Source of the DNA: Myxococcota bacterium
Lineage (GTDB): Bacteria; Myxococcota; UBA4151
Assembly (NCBI GenBank): GCA_036338695.1
Contig: JAYZBQ010000042.1
Coordinates: 1 to 64,000, forward strand
Length of the DNA: 64,000 nucleotides
Direction of reading: 5' to 3'
Shown piece by piece: positions 1 through 9,522 of the stretch; positions within the stretch are counted from its first letter, which is position 1, and each line of letters begins with the position of its first letter. The notes beneath the pieces were generated by a model that saw only the letters and a list, made by a program, of their open reading frames with translations, had not been told where the DNA came from and ran no database searches. The position numbers and the translations under genes were made by a program.

Positions 1-71
1 GGCGGGGGGGGGGGGCGGGGGTCTGCTCCCCCCCCCCCCCCCCCGCGGCGCCCCCGGGGGGGCGCCCCCCC

Positions 72-152
72 CACGACACCGAGATCCTTCGACGCTTTCC
101 CCACCCAACGTATCACCTCGAGGGCGGGCAGTTGGAGCGCCGAAGCGGATGA
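72..152 (+). CDS. ftsE: C-terminal fragment of cell-division ABC ATPase FtsE (5' part lost in low-quality window start)
   Basis: Frame 72-152 reads HDTEILRRFPHPTYHLEGGQLERRSG*, matching the ABC H-loop and terminal 'xxLExG' strand. Its TGA overlaps the ftsX ATG (ATGA). Confidence 0.65.
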   Translation, partial: HDTEILRRFPHPTYHLEGGQLERRSG

Positions 153-1006
153 TGTGGAACTTTAAAGAGGCTTTGCTTGTGTTGCGCCGGCGGCCTTGGA
201 CGCACAGCGCATGGCTCCTAGCGCTGACCCTCTGCTTAGGCTCCATTGGTTGGGTTCGAGCGCACGCAGCAGGGACACAAGAGATCCTGCAGCGGCTCGA
301 GCCAGCGGGTGAGGTCTGGGCCTTCCTCGATGAGCAGACCGCCACCGAGCCCGTCGAGCAGCTCATGGCTCGCCTCGAGGCGCTGCCCTCCGTTCGCCGG
401 GCGCGCCTGCTCGCCCCCAAAGAGGTCCGCAAGCGCCTTGCGACCGAGCTTCGGGACACCGAAGCGGCGCGCGCCATACCCGACGAGCTGCTGCCACGAT
501 CCATCCATATCGTCCCGCCGGAGGGCGAACAGGTGGCGCCTGCAGCGATCACCATCCTGCGCGCAACGCCCGGTGTTGAGTCGATCGACGCCGGCGCACG
601 CGAGCTCCTAGCGACCCGCGCACGCGTCCGCCAAATTCACCTGGGCGCTCACCTACTCAGCCTGCTTTTGACGCTCACCGTCGTCATCCTCGGCGTGGCG
701 CTCGGGCGACTCGTGATGAGCCTACGGCGCGACGAGATCGCTGTGTTTCGCCTGTTAGGGGCGACACGAGACCGCCTGATCCTGCCCCTGCTGCTGACCG
801 GCGTGATGGTCGGGCTGGTCGCCGGCCTCGGTGGTTATGCGCTGAGCGTTGGGCTCAGCTCATGGATGCGGCAAGCGACCGACCTGGTGGTCTCAACGCC
901 GGCATCCCTGGCGGTTCGGCTGATGCTGCTCGGCGCGTTGACACAGGTTGCCGGGACCGGGCTCGGCATGCTCTCCGAAATTCAACGGCCGGAGATCGAA
1001 CAGTGA
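149..1006 (+). CDS. ftsX: Cell-division permease FtsX
   Basis: N-terminal TM, periplasmic loop, 'RRDEIAVFRLLGAT' FtsX motif and three further TMs. Lies between an ftsE-like fragment and an EnvC-like gene. Confidence 0.85.
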   Translation: MMWNFKEALLVLRRRPWTHSAWLLALTLCLGSIGWVRAHAAGTQEILQRLEPAGEVWAFLDEQTATEPVEQLMARLEALPSVRRARLLAPKEVRKRLATELRDTEAARAIPDELLPRSIHIVPPEGEQVAPAAITILRATPGVESIDAGARELLATRARVRQIHLGAHLLSLLLTLTVVILGVALGRLVMSLRRDEIAVFRLLGATRDRLILPLLLTGVMVGLVAGLGGYALSVGLSSWMRQATDLVVSTPASLAVRLMLLGALTQVAGTGLGMLSEIQRPEIEQ

Positions 1007-2109
1007 CGCTGACGCTCCTCCTCGCGCTCTCCGCAGCGCCTCAGCCAAAGTTGCAGCCCGTTGGCGATCAGCAGGCGGTCCGGATCACGCTTGAGAAGCT
1101 CCAAACGCTAGGCGATCGCCTGTCGCAGCGCCAGGCGAGCTCACGCGACCTCGCTGAACAGGAGAGGCAGATGGTCGGGACGTTAGCCGACCTGCAGTTT
1201 GCGCTCGACGAAGCCAAACGGGCCACCCGGCTCGCCAGCCAGCGGGTCCGAGACACCGAGGAGCAACTCGACGAGCTCGAGAGCCAGTCGATCGGTCTGC
1301 AGCGCACGACGCGGCGCGCCCGGCACCAAGCTCAGCGAGCGCTCGGGCTGCTGCTTCGAGCGAACCATGTCGGCATGGATAAGCCGGTCTTTCGCGCCCT
1401 AGAACGCCAGCGCGTCGCGCGCGCCACGGCGCTCTGGCGCCGCGCCCAAGCCAGCGCCCAAGCGCTCAAAGCGAACCAAGCCGAGCTCGCGCAGCTGCGC
1501 AGTGACCAACAACGGCTCAAGGCGAGCTTGAACCAGCTGCTCACGGCACGCCAGCAGGTCAAAGGGCTGGCGAGCCAGCGCTTGGAAGAGGTCCGCCGGG
1601 ATCGCCGGCGCGCTGCCGCGCACGCCAAAGCGCTCGAACAACAACGCCTGGCGCTTGCGGCGTGGCTTGAACAGGTCAAGCCGATGCTCAACATGCCCCA
1701 TCAAGGGATCAAGCGCGGGCGGCTCGTGCCACCGGTCGCTGGGCGCGTCGTCAACGGCTATGGCTGGCAAGAGGCGAAGGATAAGCTCACCCGCTGGCGC
1801 AACCGAGGCATCGACCTCGAGGGGCTGGCGAGCGCGCCGGTGCTCGCTGCAGCCACCGGGCGCGTCGCCTTTGTGGGCCGCTCGCCGGGGCTCGGCTTAG
1901 CGATGGTCATCGACCACGGCAGGGGGTGGCGAACGATCTACGGCGGCCTCTCGGAGGCGAAGGCCCTTGTCGGCGAAGACCTCCAGGCGGGCGCGGTGGT
2001 CGGACTCCTCGGCGACGCCGGCGTCCTCCACTTTGAGCTCCGAAGCGAGGCGCTCGCGGTCAACCCGACGCGGTGGTTCCAAGCGCCGCTCGATCGGACC
2101 CGGAATTGA
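1003..2109 (+). CDS. envC: EnvC-like murein hydrolase activator (coiled coil + degenerate M23/LytM domain)
   Basis: GTG at 1003 overlaps the ftsX stop and gives a signal peptide. Long coiled coil, then an M23 fold with degenerate Zn ligands (NRGID, YGGL, VLHFE). ftsEX context. Confidence 0.8.
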   Translation: MTLTLLLALSAAPQPKLQPVGDQQAVRITLEKLQTLGDRLSQRQASSRDLAEQERQMVGTLADLQFALDEAKRATRLASQRVRDTEEQLDELESQSIGLQRTTRRARHQAQRALGLLLRANHVGMDKPVFRALERQRVARATALWRRAQASAQALKANQAELAQLRSDQQRLKASLNQLLTARQQVKGLASQRLEEVRRDRRRAAAHAKALEQQRLALAAWLEQVKPMLNMPHQGIKRGRLVPPVAGRVVNGYGWQEAKDKLTRWRNRGIDLEGLASAPVLAAATGRVAFVGRSPGLGLAMVIDHGRGWRTIYGGLSEAKALVGEDLQAGAVVGLLGDAGVLHFELRSEALAVNPTRWFQAPLDRTRN

Positions 2110-2909
2110 TCGCGCTCGCTGTCCTTCTCGCAAGCACCGGCGCAACCCCCGAAGCCTATGACAGCGTCAGCGACGTGGCGCGGGTCCTCGGGGGCGTCCT
2201 CAAGGAACACATCGACGGAGACACACCGAAAGCGCTCGCCGAGCGAGCGATCGACGCCATGCTCAAGGAGCTCGATCCATGGAGTCGGCGGATCACACCG
2301 AGCGCGACCGAACCCGAGAGCAAGAGTTTTGTGTGCCTGGTCGACCGCGGCGTCCTGCGCCTCACCATCCGCCGATTCAATGGTGACGGTCGGCGCTGGA
2401 TCAAGGAGTGTCCTGCGCTCGACCAGAACCTACCTGTTCTGATTGATCTGCGCGACAACCCGGGTGGCGAGGTCGCCGATGCGCTCGGTCTCGCCAGTCT
2501 GTTCGTGTCCAAGGTCGATCTGCTCGTCGAAGAGCGGCGCTCGGGTCAACGCACCCGGCACCGAGCCTCTCCGCAGCGCGTGCGTCACGCCAGCCTAACC
2601 GTCCTCGTCAACCAGCAGACGGCGAGCGCAGCCGAGCTGATCGCGGCGGCGCTCGAGCGCTCAGCGGGGGCGCACGTCCTAGGGGAGCGCACGATGGGAA
2701 AGACCACCGTGCAAACCGCCATCTATCTGAGCACCGGTGACGTCGTCCTGCTCACGACGGGACGCTTGTACCTCCCTGATGGGCGAGCGCTCGAGGGCGC
2801 AGGTCTCGTTCCAAAGCAGCCGGTCCCGACCACGCCGAGCGCTTACGCGTGCCGTCTGGCGAAGCGGATGTGGTCACCCGACGGGTGCCAAAGGTCCGAC
2901 GCGCCGTGA
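2106..2909 (+). CDS. S41 family carboxy-terminal processing protease, apparently lacking the PDZ domain
   Basis: DLRDNPGG, TASAAE (catalytic Ser) and GERTMGK (catalytic Lys). TTG at 2106 overlaps the envC stop and gives a signal peptide. Confidence 0.85.
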   Translation: MIALAVLLASTGATPEAYDSVSDVARVLGGVLKEHIDGDTPKALAERAIDAMLKELDPWSRRITPSATEPESKSFVCLVDRGVLRLTIRRFNGDGRRWIKECPALDQNLPVLIDLRDNPGGEVADALGLASLFVSKVDLLVEERRSGQRTRHRASPQRVRHASLTVLVNQQTASAAELIAAALERSAGAHVLGERTMGKTTVQTAIYLSTGDVVLLTTGRLYLPDGRALEGAGLVPKQPVPTTPSAYACRLAKRMWSPDGCQRSDAP

Positions 2910-3005
2910 TCCAGCGAAGCTCTTTGTTCGGAAAGATTGTGTCGCGGGTCGATCCGCGCTTACCATGGGGTCGCACGGAACCCGGCAGGGTACAGGAAGA
3001 GTCAG

Positions 3006-4721
3006 TTGGTCTTTCAGGTTGAGATCGAGGACGACGAGGGAAATCGCTCGGTAATACCGGTGACTCGCTCCGAAATCACGATTGGCCGTCAAGACGGCAA
3101 CGTCATCCGTTTAACCGACCGAAACGTCTCTCGTCGCCACGCGGTCCTCTATTCAAACCAGGACAAACTCCGGCTCGAGGACCTCGAGAGCTACACCGGG
3201 ACACAGATCAACGGTCGCCCGCTCGAGGGGACCAGCCCCCTTGGGCTGGGCGATGTCGTCAGCATCGGCGACTACGAACTGCGCATCCTCGGCGAAGGCG
3301 ATCACGCCCTCGAGCCCGACGACTCTCAAGTCACCCAGATTGACAACACGGTCCCGAGCGCTGCGGAGCCCATCGCGGCGGCGTCGCCGCTTCTAGACGA
3401 TGACGAAGACCAAGATCCCACAGCGGTCATCAACCTGCGTGCGGGACTAGGTAGTCAGATCCGTCAGGGCACGTACGAGGGCCTCCTCAACGGGCCGCCG
3501 GCCCGTCTCGTGGTGGTCTCGGCGCAGCTCGCGGGGACTGAGTACACGATCGATCGGTCGCCCTGCCGCATCGGCCGCGGGGCGGAGTGCGAGGTCAAAG
3601 TCGAGCACCGCTCGATCAGCCGACACCATGCGACGATCGAGGTCCAAGACAATCAGTTCGTGATCAAGGACATCGGCTCCGCCAATGGGATCCAGGTCAA
3701 CGGCGAGAGCTACGCCAGCACGCGCCTGCAGCCTGGCGATCGCATCGACATGGGGCACATCCAGTTGCGCTTCTTTGCGCCGGGTCAGATCCCTGAGTTT
3801 GCCGAGCTGCTCAGCCGGCAGCGGCAGCCAGCGAACAACCTGTTCCCAACCGTTCTCTTGATCTTCATGGTGCTTGCGCTGGCGGGAGGCTCTTGGTGGG
3901 CGCTGAGTGGACGCCAACCCGCAGACGCCGAGGCAGCGACCGCCTCGACGGACCCGAGCTTATGGCGAGCGACGCTCGATGAGCTGCGTGAAGCGCAGCG
4001 TTGGGCGGAGGCGCTGCGTCACCTCGACCAGGCACCCGCGCAGGTTGCGAGCGGAGAGATCGTCTCGCTCAAGGCGGTCCTGGCGAACGAGCGCCGCTAC
4101 AAAGAGAGCCTCGACGAGGCGCTCGCAAAGATCGCTCAAAAGCAATGGTCTGAAGCGCTCGAAGACCTCCAAGCGATCCCGAAAAACTCCGTTTATTTCG
4201 ACGAGGCGGAGCGTCACCGCGGCGAAGTTCGAAACGCCTTCGTCCAGCTTGAGCTCGACCTCGCCGCAGCGGCGCTCGATAAAAACCAAGCGACCAAGGC
4301 GGCGGGCCATCTCGGCAACGCCGAGATCTATGCGCCGGATCGCCGAGACGTGCGTGCCTTGCGGGCTCGACTCGCTGAGACCCTCGCCAAGGCTGAGCCT
4401 CGCCGTGCGAGCAGCAACCGAAGCGGTCGCGGCCGCAAGGCGGGCAAGTCCAGCGCAGGCGGCGGGCAACTCACGGCGGGTCAGCTGCTGGCGCAGGCCA
4501 ACCAAAAGCTCATCAAAAACCAACCCAAGGCGGCGCTTCCGCTGCTCCTCAAAGCGCTCAAGCGAGCGCCAAAAAATGCTCAGATTCATCGGGGTTTAGG
4601 GATCACCTACGCCAGCATTCAGCAAAACGAGAAGGCGCGTAAACACTACATGGAATACCTCCGGCTCGCGCCCAACTCGGACGAGGCGCCCCAAGTGCGC
4701 CGCATGCTCGGGCTCGATTAG
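3006..4721 (+). CDS. Double-FHA, single-TM, periplasmic TPR protein
   Basis: Two FHA motifs (ITIGR..NVSRRHA; IGRG..SISRHHA..SANG), hydrophobic LFPTVLLIFMVLALAGGSWWAL, and a C-terminal TPR. TTG at 3006 follows AGGAAGA. Confidence 0.85.
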   Translation: MVFQVEIEDDEGNRSVIPVTRSEITIGRQDGNVIRLTDRNVSRRHAVLYSNQDKLRLEDLESYTGTQINGRPLEGTSPLGLGDVVSIGDYELRILGEGDHALEPDDSQVTQIDNTVPSAAEPIAAASPLLDDDEDQDPTAVINLRAGLGSQIRQGTYEGLLNGPPARLVVVSAQLAGTEYTIDRSPCRIGRGAECEVKVEHRSISRHHATIEVQDNQFVIKDIGSANGIQVNGESYASTRLQPGDRIDMGHIQLRFFAPGQIPEFAELLSRQRQPANNLFPTVLLIFMVLALAGGSWWALSGRQPADAEAATASTDPSLWRATLDELREAQRWAEALRHLDQAPAQVASGEIVSLKAVLANERRYKESLDEALAKIAQKQWSEALEDLQAIPKNSVYFDEAERHRGEVRNAFVQLELDLAAAALDKNQATKAAGHLGNAEIYAPDRRDVRALRARLAETLAKAEPRRASSNRSGRGRKAGKSSAGGGQLTAGQLLAQANQKLIKNQPKAALPLLLKALKRAPKNAQIHRGLGITYASIQQNEKARKHYMEYLRLAPNSDEAPQVRRMLGLD

Positions 4722-4775
4722 GCGTCAGGCCGCTTTTCGTTTTGACCCACGCTGGGTCCAGATCTATCTGCCCCT

Positions 4776-5747
4776 ATGGGGCAGGAGGTCATCATGTGGC
4801 GTGAGCGTCGGATCGGTGTGTTGGCGGGCGGCTTGAGCGAGGAGGCGAAGGTCTCGCGCGCCAGCGGCGTCGGCGTCATGGAAGCGCTCAGCCAGGCTGG
4901 CCTTGATGTTCACTTGGTTGAGCTCACCGATGATGCGCCTTGGCGACAGATCGAGCGCGCCAAGATCGACGTCGCCTTCCTCGTCACGCACGGCGTCTAC
5001 GGCGAGGATGGCTGCCTCCAAGGGATGCTCGAATGGATGGGGATCCCTTACGTCGGCAGCGGCGTCCTTGCGAGCGCGCTGGCGATGAACAAAGAGGTCG
5101 CCAACCGGATCCTTCGGCTCGCCGGCCTCCCCGTGCCGCTCGGCGTTTGCGTCTCAACGGGTGACTCGAACGCCGTCGAGACCATTCAGCGCGTTCTGGG
5201 TGATCGCGCCGTCTGCATGAAGCCCAATGAGGGCGGCTCAAGCGTCGGTGTCGAACTGCTCGAAGCCGGCGATGATCGGGGCGCAGCGCTGGCGCGCCTT
5301 CGAGCTGTCGCCCAGCAAGTCCTCGTCGAAGAGCGCGTCGGCGGCGTGGAGATGACGGTCGGTGTGCTCGAGGGGCGTGCGCTCGGCTCCACGGAGATCG
5401 AGCCGCTCACCGGGTTTTACGATTTCAAGAACAAGTACACCTCCGGCGCCAGCCGGTACCACACCCCAGCGCGCGCAACCGACGAGGTGATCCAATCCCT
5501 TCACGAGCTCTCAGAGCAAGCGGTTGAGGCGCTGGCATGCCGTGGCGGCTGTCGGGTCGATTTCCTCGTCGAGGGCGACGCGATCACACTTCTTGAGGTC
5601 AACACGCTACCGGGTATGACCGCAACCAGCTTGCTCCCCAAATGCGCATCGCTCGCAGGGCTGAGCTACACGGACCTGTGCCTCCGAATGCTCGACGGTG
5701 CGCGCCTCGACCGGCGACCGCGTCACGCTCCTGCGCTCGGCGCATGA
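4776..5747 (+). CDS. ddl: D-alanine--D-alanine ligase
   Basis: GGLSEEAKVS, HGVYGEDG, GSSVG, YDFKNKY and LEVNTLPGMT motifs. Confidence 0.95.
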   Translation: MGQEVIMWRERRIGVLAGGLSEEAKVSRASGVGVMEALSQAGLDVHLVELTDDAPWRQIERAKIDVAFLVTHGVYGEDGCLQGMLEWMGIPYVGSGVLASALAMNKEVANRILRLAGLPVPLGVCVSTGDSNAVETIQRVLGDRAVCMKPNEGGSSVGVELLEAGDDRGAALARLRAVAQQVLVEERVGGVEMTVGVLEGRALGSTEIEPLTGFYDFKNKYTSGASRYHTPARATDEVIQSLHELSEQAVEALACRGGCRVDFLVEGDAITLLEVNTLPGMTATSLLPKCASLAGLSYTDLCLRMLDGARLDRRPRHAPALGA

Positions 5748-7117
5748 AGTTTCACCCGCTCGCCCACCCCAACCCCAAAGAGGCTCGTCCCCAGGCGGCG
5801 GTCTCGGTCTCGGAGGTGGTGTTCCGCTGGAACCAAGTCTTGCGCGAGCTTGGCGCCGTCCAGGTGATGGGCGAGCTCAGTGAGTGGTCGGTTGCGCGTT
5901 CGGGGCATGCGTACTTCACGATCTCGGATGGGCGCTCGTCGATGCGCTGTATCCTCTGGAAGGATCGGTTACGGTCCCTCGCCTGGCAGCCGCAGGCTGG
6001 TGAGCAGGTTTTGATCAATGGGCGGGCTCAGGTCTACACCAAGAGCGGAAGCGCCAGCTTTGAGACCTACGCCATGTTCCCAGCTGGCGAGGGCTTGCAA
6101 GCGTTGGCGCTCAAAGCCCTCGAAGAGCGCCTGGCGGCGGAAGGCCTCTTCCACCCGGACCTCAAAAAGCCACTCCCACAGTTCCCGCGCACGGTCGGGG
6201 TCGTGAGCTCGTCGCGCGCCGATGGGTTGCGCGATTTCTTGCGCTCACGGGCGCTGCGCGCACCCGGCGTCGCCATCCTCTTCGCCGAGGCATCAGTCCA
6301 AGGCGCCACGGCTGCCGAGGAGTGCGCTGCGGCGCTCAAGCGCCTCGATGAGAGCGGGCGCTGCGACGTCCTGGCGCTGGTGCGCGGCGGCGGCGCTGCG
6401 TCGGATCTGCTCCCCTTCTCCGAGGAGGTTCTGGTCCGAGCGGTCGCCGCGACCCACACGCCGGTGGTCGTCGGCGTAGGTCACGAGCCTGACCACCCGA
6501 TCGCCGAGCGCGCCGCCGACGCCGTGGCGCATACGCCCACGCACGCAGCGGAGTTGATCTTCCCGGACCTACGCGCCCACGCCGAGCGGCTCGACCATCT
6601 TGGCGAACGGCTCGGGCGTCCGCTCCGGCAGCTTATCGCCTCCGAGCGACAACGTCTCGTGATCGGCGAGCATCGCCTCAGAGGAGCGACCCTCGACCGC
6701 CTGAGCGACGCTCGTCGCCGGCTCAACGCACACAACGACCGCCTCACACAGGCACACCCCGCACAGCGGCTACGGAGGCGCCACCACCAGCTCGCTGCGC
6801 TGGGGCAGCGCCTCGGTCAAACGTCACCCGATACAGGCCTTGCATCAGCAAGGGGCCAGTGGAAATTAATCAAGAGTCGAATGAACCGAGCAGGGCAGCA
6901 GGTTCGTCAGCGATCCGGCGACCAGATCGCTCAGCTCGCCAGGCGCCTCGAGGCGGCGTCACCTAAGGCGGTGCTCGAGCGAGGGTACGCCCTGATCGTC
7001 GATGAGTCGGGTAAGCCGCTGACCTCAGCGCATGCGACATCAAGCGGGCAAGCCGTCCGTCTGCAGTTTGCGGACGGCGAGCGGCGAGCGCGGATCGAAG
7101 GAGATGATGATGTCTGA
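5744..7117 (+). CDS. xseA: Exodeoxyribonuclease VII large subunit
   Basis: GELS..SGHAYF OB fold, VRGGG, GVGHEPD, TPT and C-terminal SPKAVLERGYA. ATG overlaps the ddl stop. Confidence 0.95.
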   Translation: MKFHPLAHPNPKEARPQAAVSVSEVVFRWNQVLRELGAVQVMGELSEWSVARSGHAYFTISDGRSSMRCILWKDRLRSLAWQPQAGEQVLINGRAQVYTKSGSASFETYAMFPAGEGLQALALKALEERLAAEGLFHPDLKKPLPQFPRTVGVVSSSRADGLRDFLRSRALRAPGVAILFAEASVQGATAAEECAAALKRLDESGRCDVLALVRGGGAASDLLPFSEEVLVRAVAATHTPVVVGVGHEPDHPIAERAADAVAHTPTHAAELIFPDLRAHAERLDHLGERLGRPLRQLIASERQRLVIGEHRLRGATLDRLSDARRRLNAHNDRLTQAHPAQRLRRRHHQLAALGQRLGQTSPDTGLASARGQWKLIKSRMNRAGQQVRQRSGDQIAQLARRLEAASPKAVLERGYALIVDESGKPLTSAHATSSGQAVRLQFADGERRARIEGDDDV

Positions 7118-7331
7118 CCAGAGGACCTATGAAGACCTTGTGCAGCAGCTCGAGGCGACCGTGGGGCGCCTTGAGAACGAGTCCCTTGGATTAGAGCAGG
7201 CGCTTGAACTGTACGAACAGGGGCACCATCTCTTGCGTCAGGCGCAAGAGCGGCTCACCGGACTAGAAGGTCGGATGGAGAAACTGCTGGCGGACGGCAG
7301 CCGGCAACCCGCCGACCTAGATGGGATTTGA
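7110..7331 (+). CDS. xseB: Exodeoxyribonuclease VII small subunit
   Basis: TYEDLVQQLEATVGRLENESLGLEQALELYEQG. RBS GAAGGAG; follows xseA. Confidence 0.93.
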   Translation: MSDQRTYEDLVQQLEATVGRLENESLGLEQALELYEQGHHLLRQAQERLTGLEGRMEKLLADGSRQPADLDGI

Positions 7332-9256
7332 TCATGCTCAAGCACATCAGCTCACCCGAGGACGTCAAGGCGCTCCCCGCCCACCGACTCGATGATCTGG
7401 CGCAGGCTATTCGAGACGAGATCATCGAGGTCTGCGCCCGCAACGGCGGTCACCTCGGCGCATCGCTTGGCACGGTCGAGCTGTGCATTGCGCTTCATCG
7501 GGTGTTTCACAGCCCGCACGACGCCTTGGTCTTTGACGTCGGACACCAGGCTTACGCGCACAAGCTGATGACGGGTCGGCGCGACCTCTTCCAGGGGCTG
7601 CGGCAAGCCGGGGGTGCGTCGGGCTTCCTGAACCGGGCCGAGTCCGAACACGACCACTTCGGCGCCGGGCACGCCTCAACCTCGATCTCGGCCGCGCTCG
7701 GCATCCTTGAGGGGAACCGGGTCACGGGGCACAGCGGCCGCGCCGTGGCGGTGATCGGCGACGGCGCGATGACCGGCGGGCTTGCGTTTGAGGCGCTCTT
7801 CAACGCCGGCAACCTCGACTCGGGGTTGATCGTCGTCCTCAACGACAACGACATGAGCATTGCGCCGAACGTGGGCGCCATGAGCAGCTGGTTGAGCCGG
7901 AAGTTGACCATCGGTGACACCTACCTCGGCGTCAAAGAGGGGATCAAAGGTGTCCTGTCCAACATCCCCCAAGGTGACCGGATCAAATCACTGCTCAAGC
8001 ACACGATGGAGAGCACCAAGGCGATGCTCACCCCAGGGATCCTCTTTGAGGGGCTAGGCTTCGCCTATCTCGGTCCAGTCGATGGGCACGACATCGCTGC
8101 GATGGAGGAGATCTTTGAGCGGGTCCGGCAGTTGGACGAGCCGGTCCTGGTGCACGTGATGACCACCAAAGGTAAGGGCTACGAACCGGCGGAGCGCGAC
8201 CGGCTCTGTATGCACGGTGTCAGCGCGTTCAAACGCGACGAAGATGGGAACCCTGTCAACGCGCCCAGCAAGTCGGGGCTGCCCAAATATCAAGACGTCT
8301 TCGCACGCGCCCTGATCGCAGAAGCAGAGCTTGACCCGCGCATCGTGGCGATCACCGCAGCGATGCCCGATGGGACGTCCCTAGGTAAGTTTGGCAAGGT
8401 GTTCCCCGACCGCTTTTACGACGTCGGGATCGCTGAGGGGCACGGCGTGACCTTCGCCGCCGGTCTAGCGGCTGCGGGCGCTCGGCCGGTCTGCGGGATC
8501 TACTCGACCTTCCTCCAGCGCGCCATCGACGCCATTATCCACGACGTGGCGCTCCAAGAGCTCCCCGTTGTCTTTGCCATGGATCGTGCGGGGCTGGTCG
8601 GCGCTGACGGCGCCACCCATCAAGGCGTCTTCGACATCACCTACCTGCGGATGATCCCCAACATGATCTGCATGGCGCCTAGCGATGAGAATGAGCTCGG
8701 CGGGGCGCTGGCGACGGCGCTGGCACAGCCCGGTCCGACAGCGCTTCGCTTCCCGCGTGGCACCGGGCCTGGCGCAGCGGTCGACACCCACCCGGAGGCT
8801 TGGCCGATCGGTAAGGCGCGCTGGCTCAAGGCGCACGATGACGCCCGCGTCAGCGTCCTTGCGCTTGGCCCCACGGTCGCCAACGCCGAGCGCGCCGCAG
8901 AGCGCCTCGCAGCGGAAGGGATCCAGGTCAACGTGCTGGATATGCGCTTCATCAAACCCTTAGACGAGGAGACCATTCAGACCCTCGCTCAAGACGGCGA
9001 GATGGGTTTTGTCACCCTCGAAGAGGGCGTGCTTGCAGGTGGGTTCGGCAGCGCAGTGCTTGAATACCTGAGCAACGAAGGCTTCTCGAACCGAGTCCAG
9101 CGCGTAGGGCTGCCGGATGAGTTTATCGAGCATGGAAGCGTCGCCAAGCAATACGCCGAGGCAGGCTTGGACGTAGACGGCATCGTCGACACCATCCGCT
9201 CGTTGCTGCCTGCTCCAGAGAGGCGGCGGCGCGCGAAAGACGAGCTAGCGCACTGA
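7328..9256 (+). CDS. dxs: 1-deoxy-D-xylulose-5-phosphate synthase
   Basis: GGHLGASLG, FDVGHQAY, GDGAMTGG..NDN (TPP motif), DVGIAE, YSTFLQRA and DRAGLVGADGATHQG. Start is TTG 7328 or ATG 7334. Confidence 0.97.
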   Translation: MIMLKHISSPEDVKALPAHRLDDLAQAIRDEIIEVCARNGGHLGASLGTVELCIALHRVFHSPHDALVFDVGHQAYAHKLMTGRRDLFQGLRQAGGASGFLNRAESEHDHFGAGHASTSISAALGILEGNRVTGHSGRAVAVIGDGAMTGGLAFEALFNAGNLDSGLIVVLNDNDMSIAPNVGAMSSWLSRKLTIGDTYLGVKEGIKGVLSNIPQGDRIKSLLKHTMESTKAMLTPGILFEGLGFAYLGPVDGHDIAAMEEIFERVRQLDEPVLVHVMTTKGKGYEPAERDRLCMHGVSAFKRDEDGNPVNAPSKSGLPKYQDVFARALIAEAELDPRIVAITAAMPDGTSLGKFGKVFPDRFYDVGIAEGHGVTFAAGLAAAGARPVCGIYSTFLQRAIDAIIHDVALQELPVVFAMDRAGLVGADGATHQGVFDITYLRMIPNMICMAPSDENELGGALATALAQPGPTALRFPRGTGPGAAVDTHPEAWPIGKARWLKAHDDARVSVLALGPTVANAERAAERLAAEGIQVNVLDMRFIKPLDEETIQTLAQDGEMGFVTLEEGVLAGGFGSAVLEYLSNEGFSNRVQRVGLPDEFIEHGSVAKQYAEAGLDVDGIVDTIRSLLPAPERRRRAKDELAH

Positions 9257-9522
9257 AACTCAAGCTCTTTACGGGGACTCTGCTCATCGTCGCTGCGGGG
9301 TGTCAGACCACGCCGACTCCCGCGGTGAAGCCGGAAATGAAGCAAAAGGCGCCGATCAGCGTCTCCTCTACCGCTGCGCTGGTTCGGGTGGCGCGCGCAC
9401 GCCTGGCTGAGCAAACGAGCGACCTGCGCAGGGCGCGCCGTGAGCTGAGCCTCGCTGCCGATCAACTCCCGCTCGATCACTATCTGAAGGCAGCGCTCAA
9501 GGAGCTGTTGGAGTCGCCATGA
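9253..9522 (+). CDS. Small putative lipoprotein (89 aa if CTG-initiated)
   Basis: Extending the 9325..9522 frame upstream gives (M)KLKLFTGTLLIVAAGC, a clean lipobox, from a CTG overlapping the dxs TGA. Its stop overlaps the next ATG. Confidence 0.6.
   Translation: MKLKLFTGTLLIVAAGCQTTPTPAVKPEMKQKAPISVSSTAALVRVARARLAEQTSDLRRARRELSLAADQLPLDHYLKAALKELLESP

Noticed and set aside
1..71. Long G and C homopolymer runs (possible G-quadruplex or repeat)
   Set aside because: They interrupt what should be ftsE coding sequence at the window edge, so they are most likely a low-quality contig-end artefact.
1790..2060. M23 domain as an active endopeptidase
   Set aside because: The Zn-ligand histidines are substituted, as expected for EnvC-type activators, so this is not novel.
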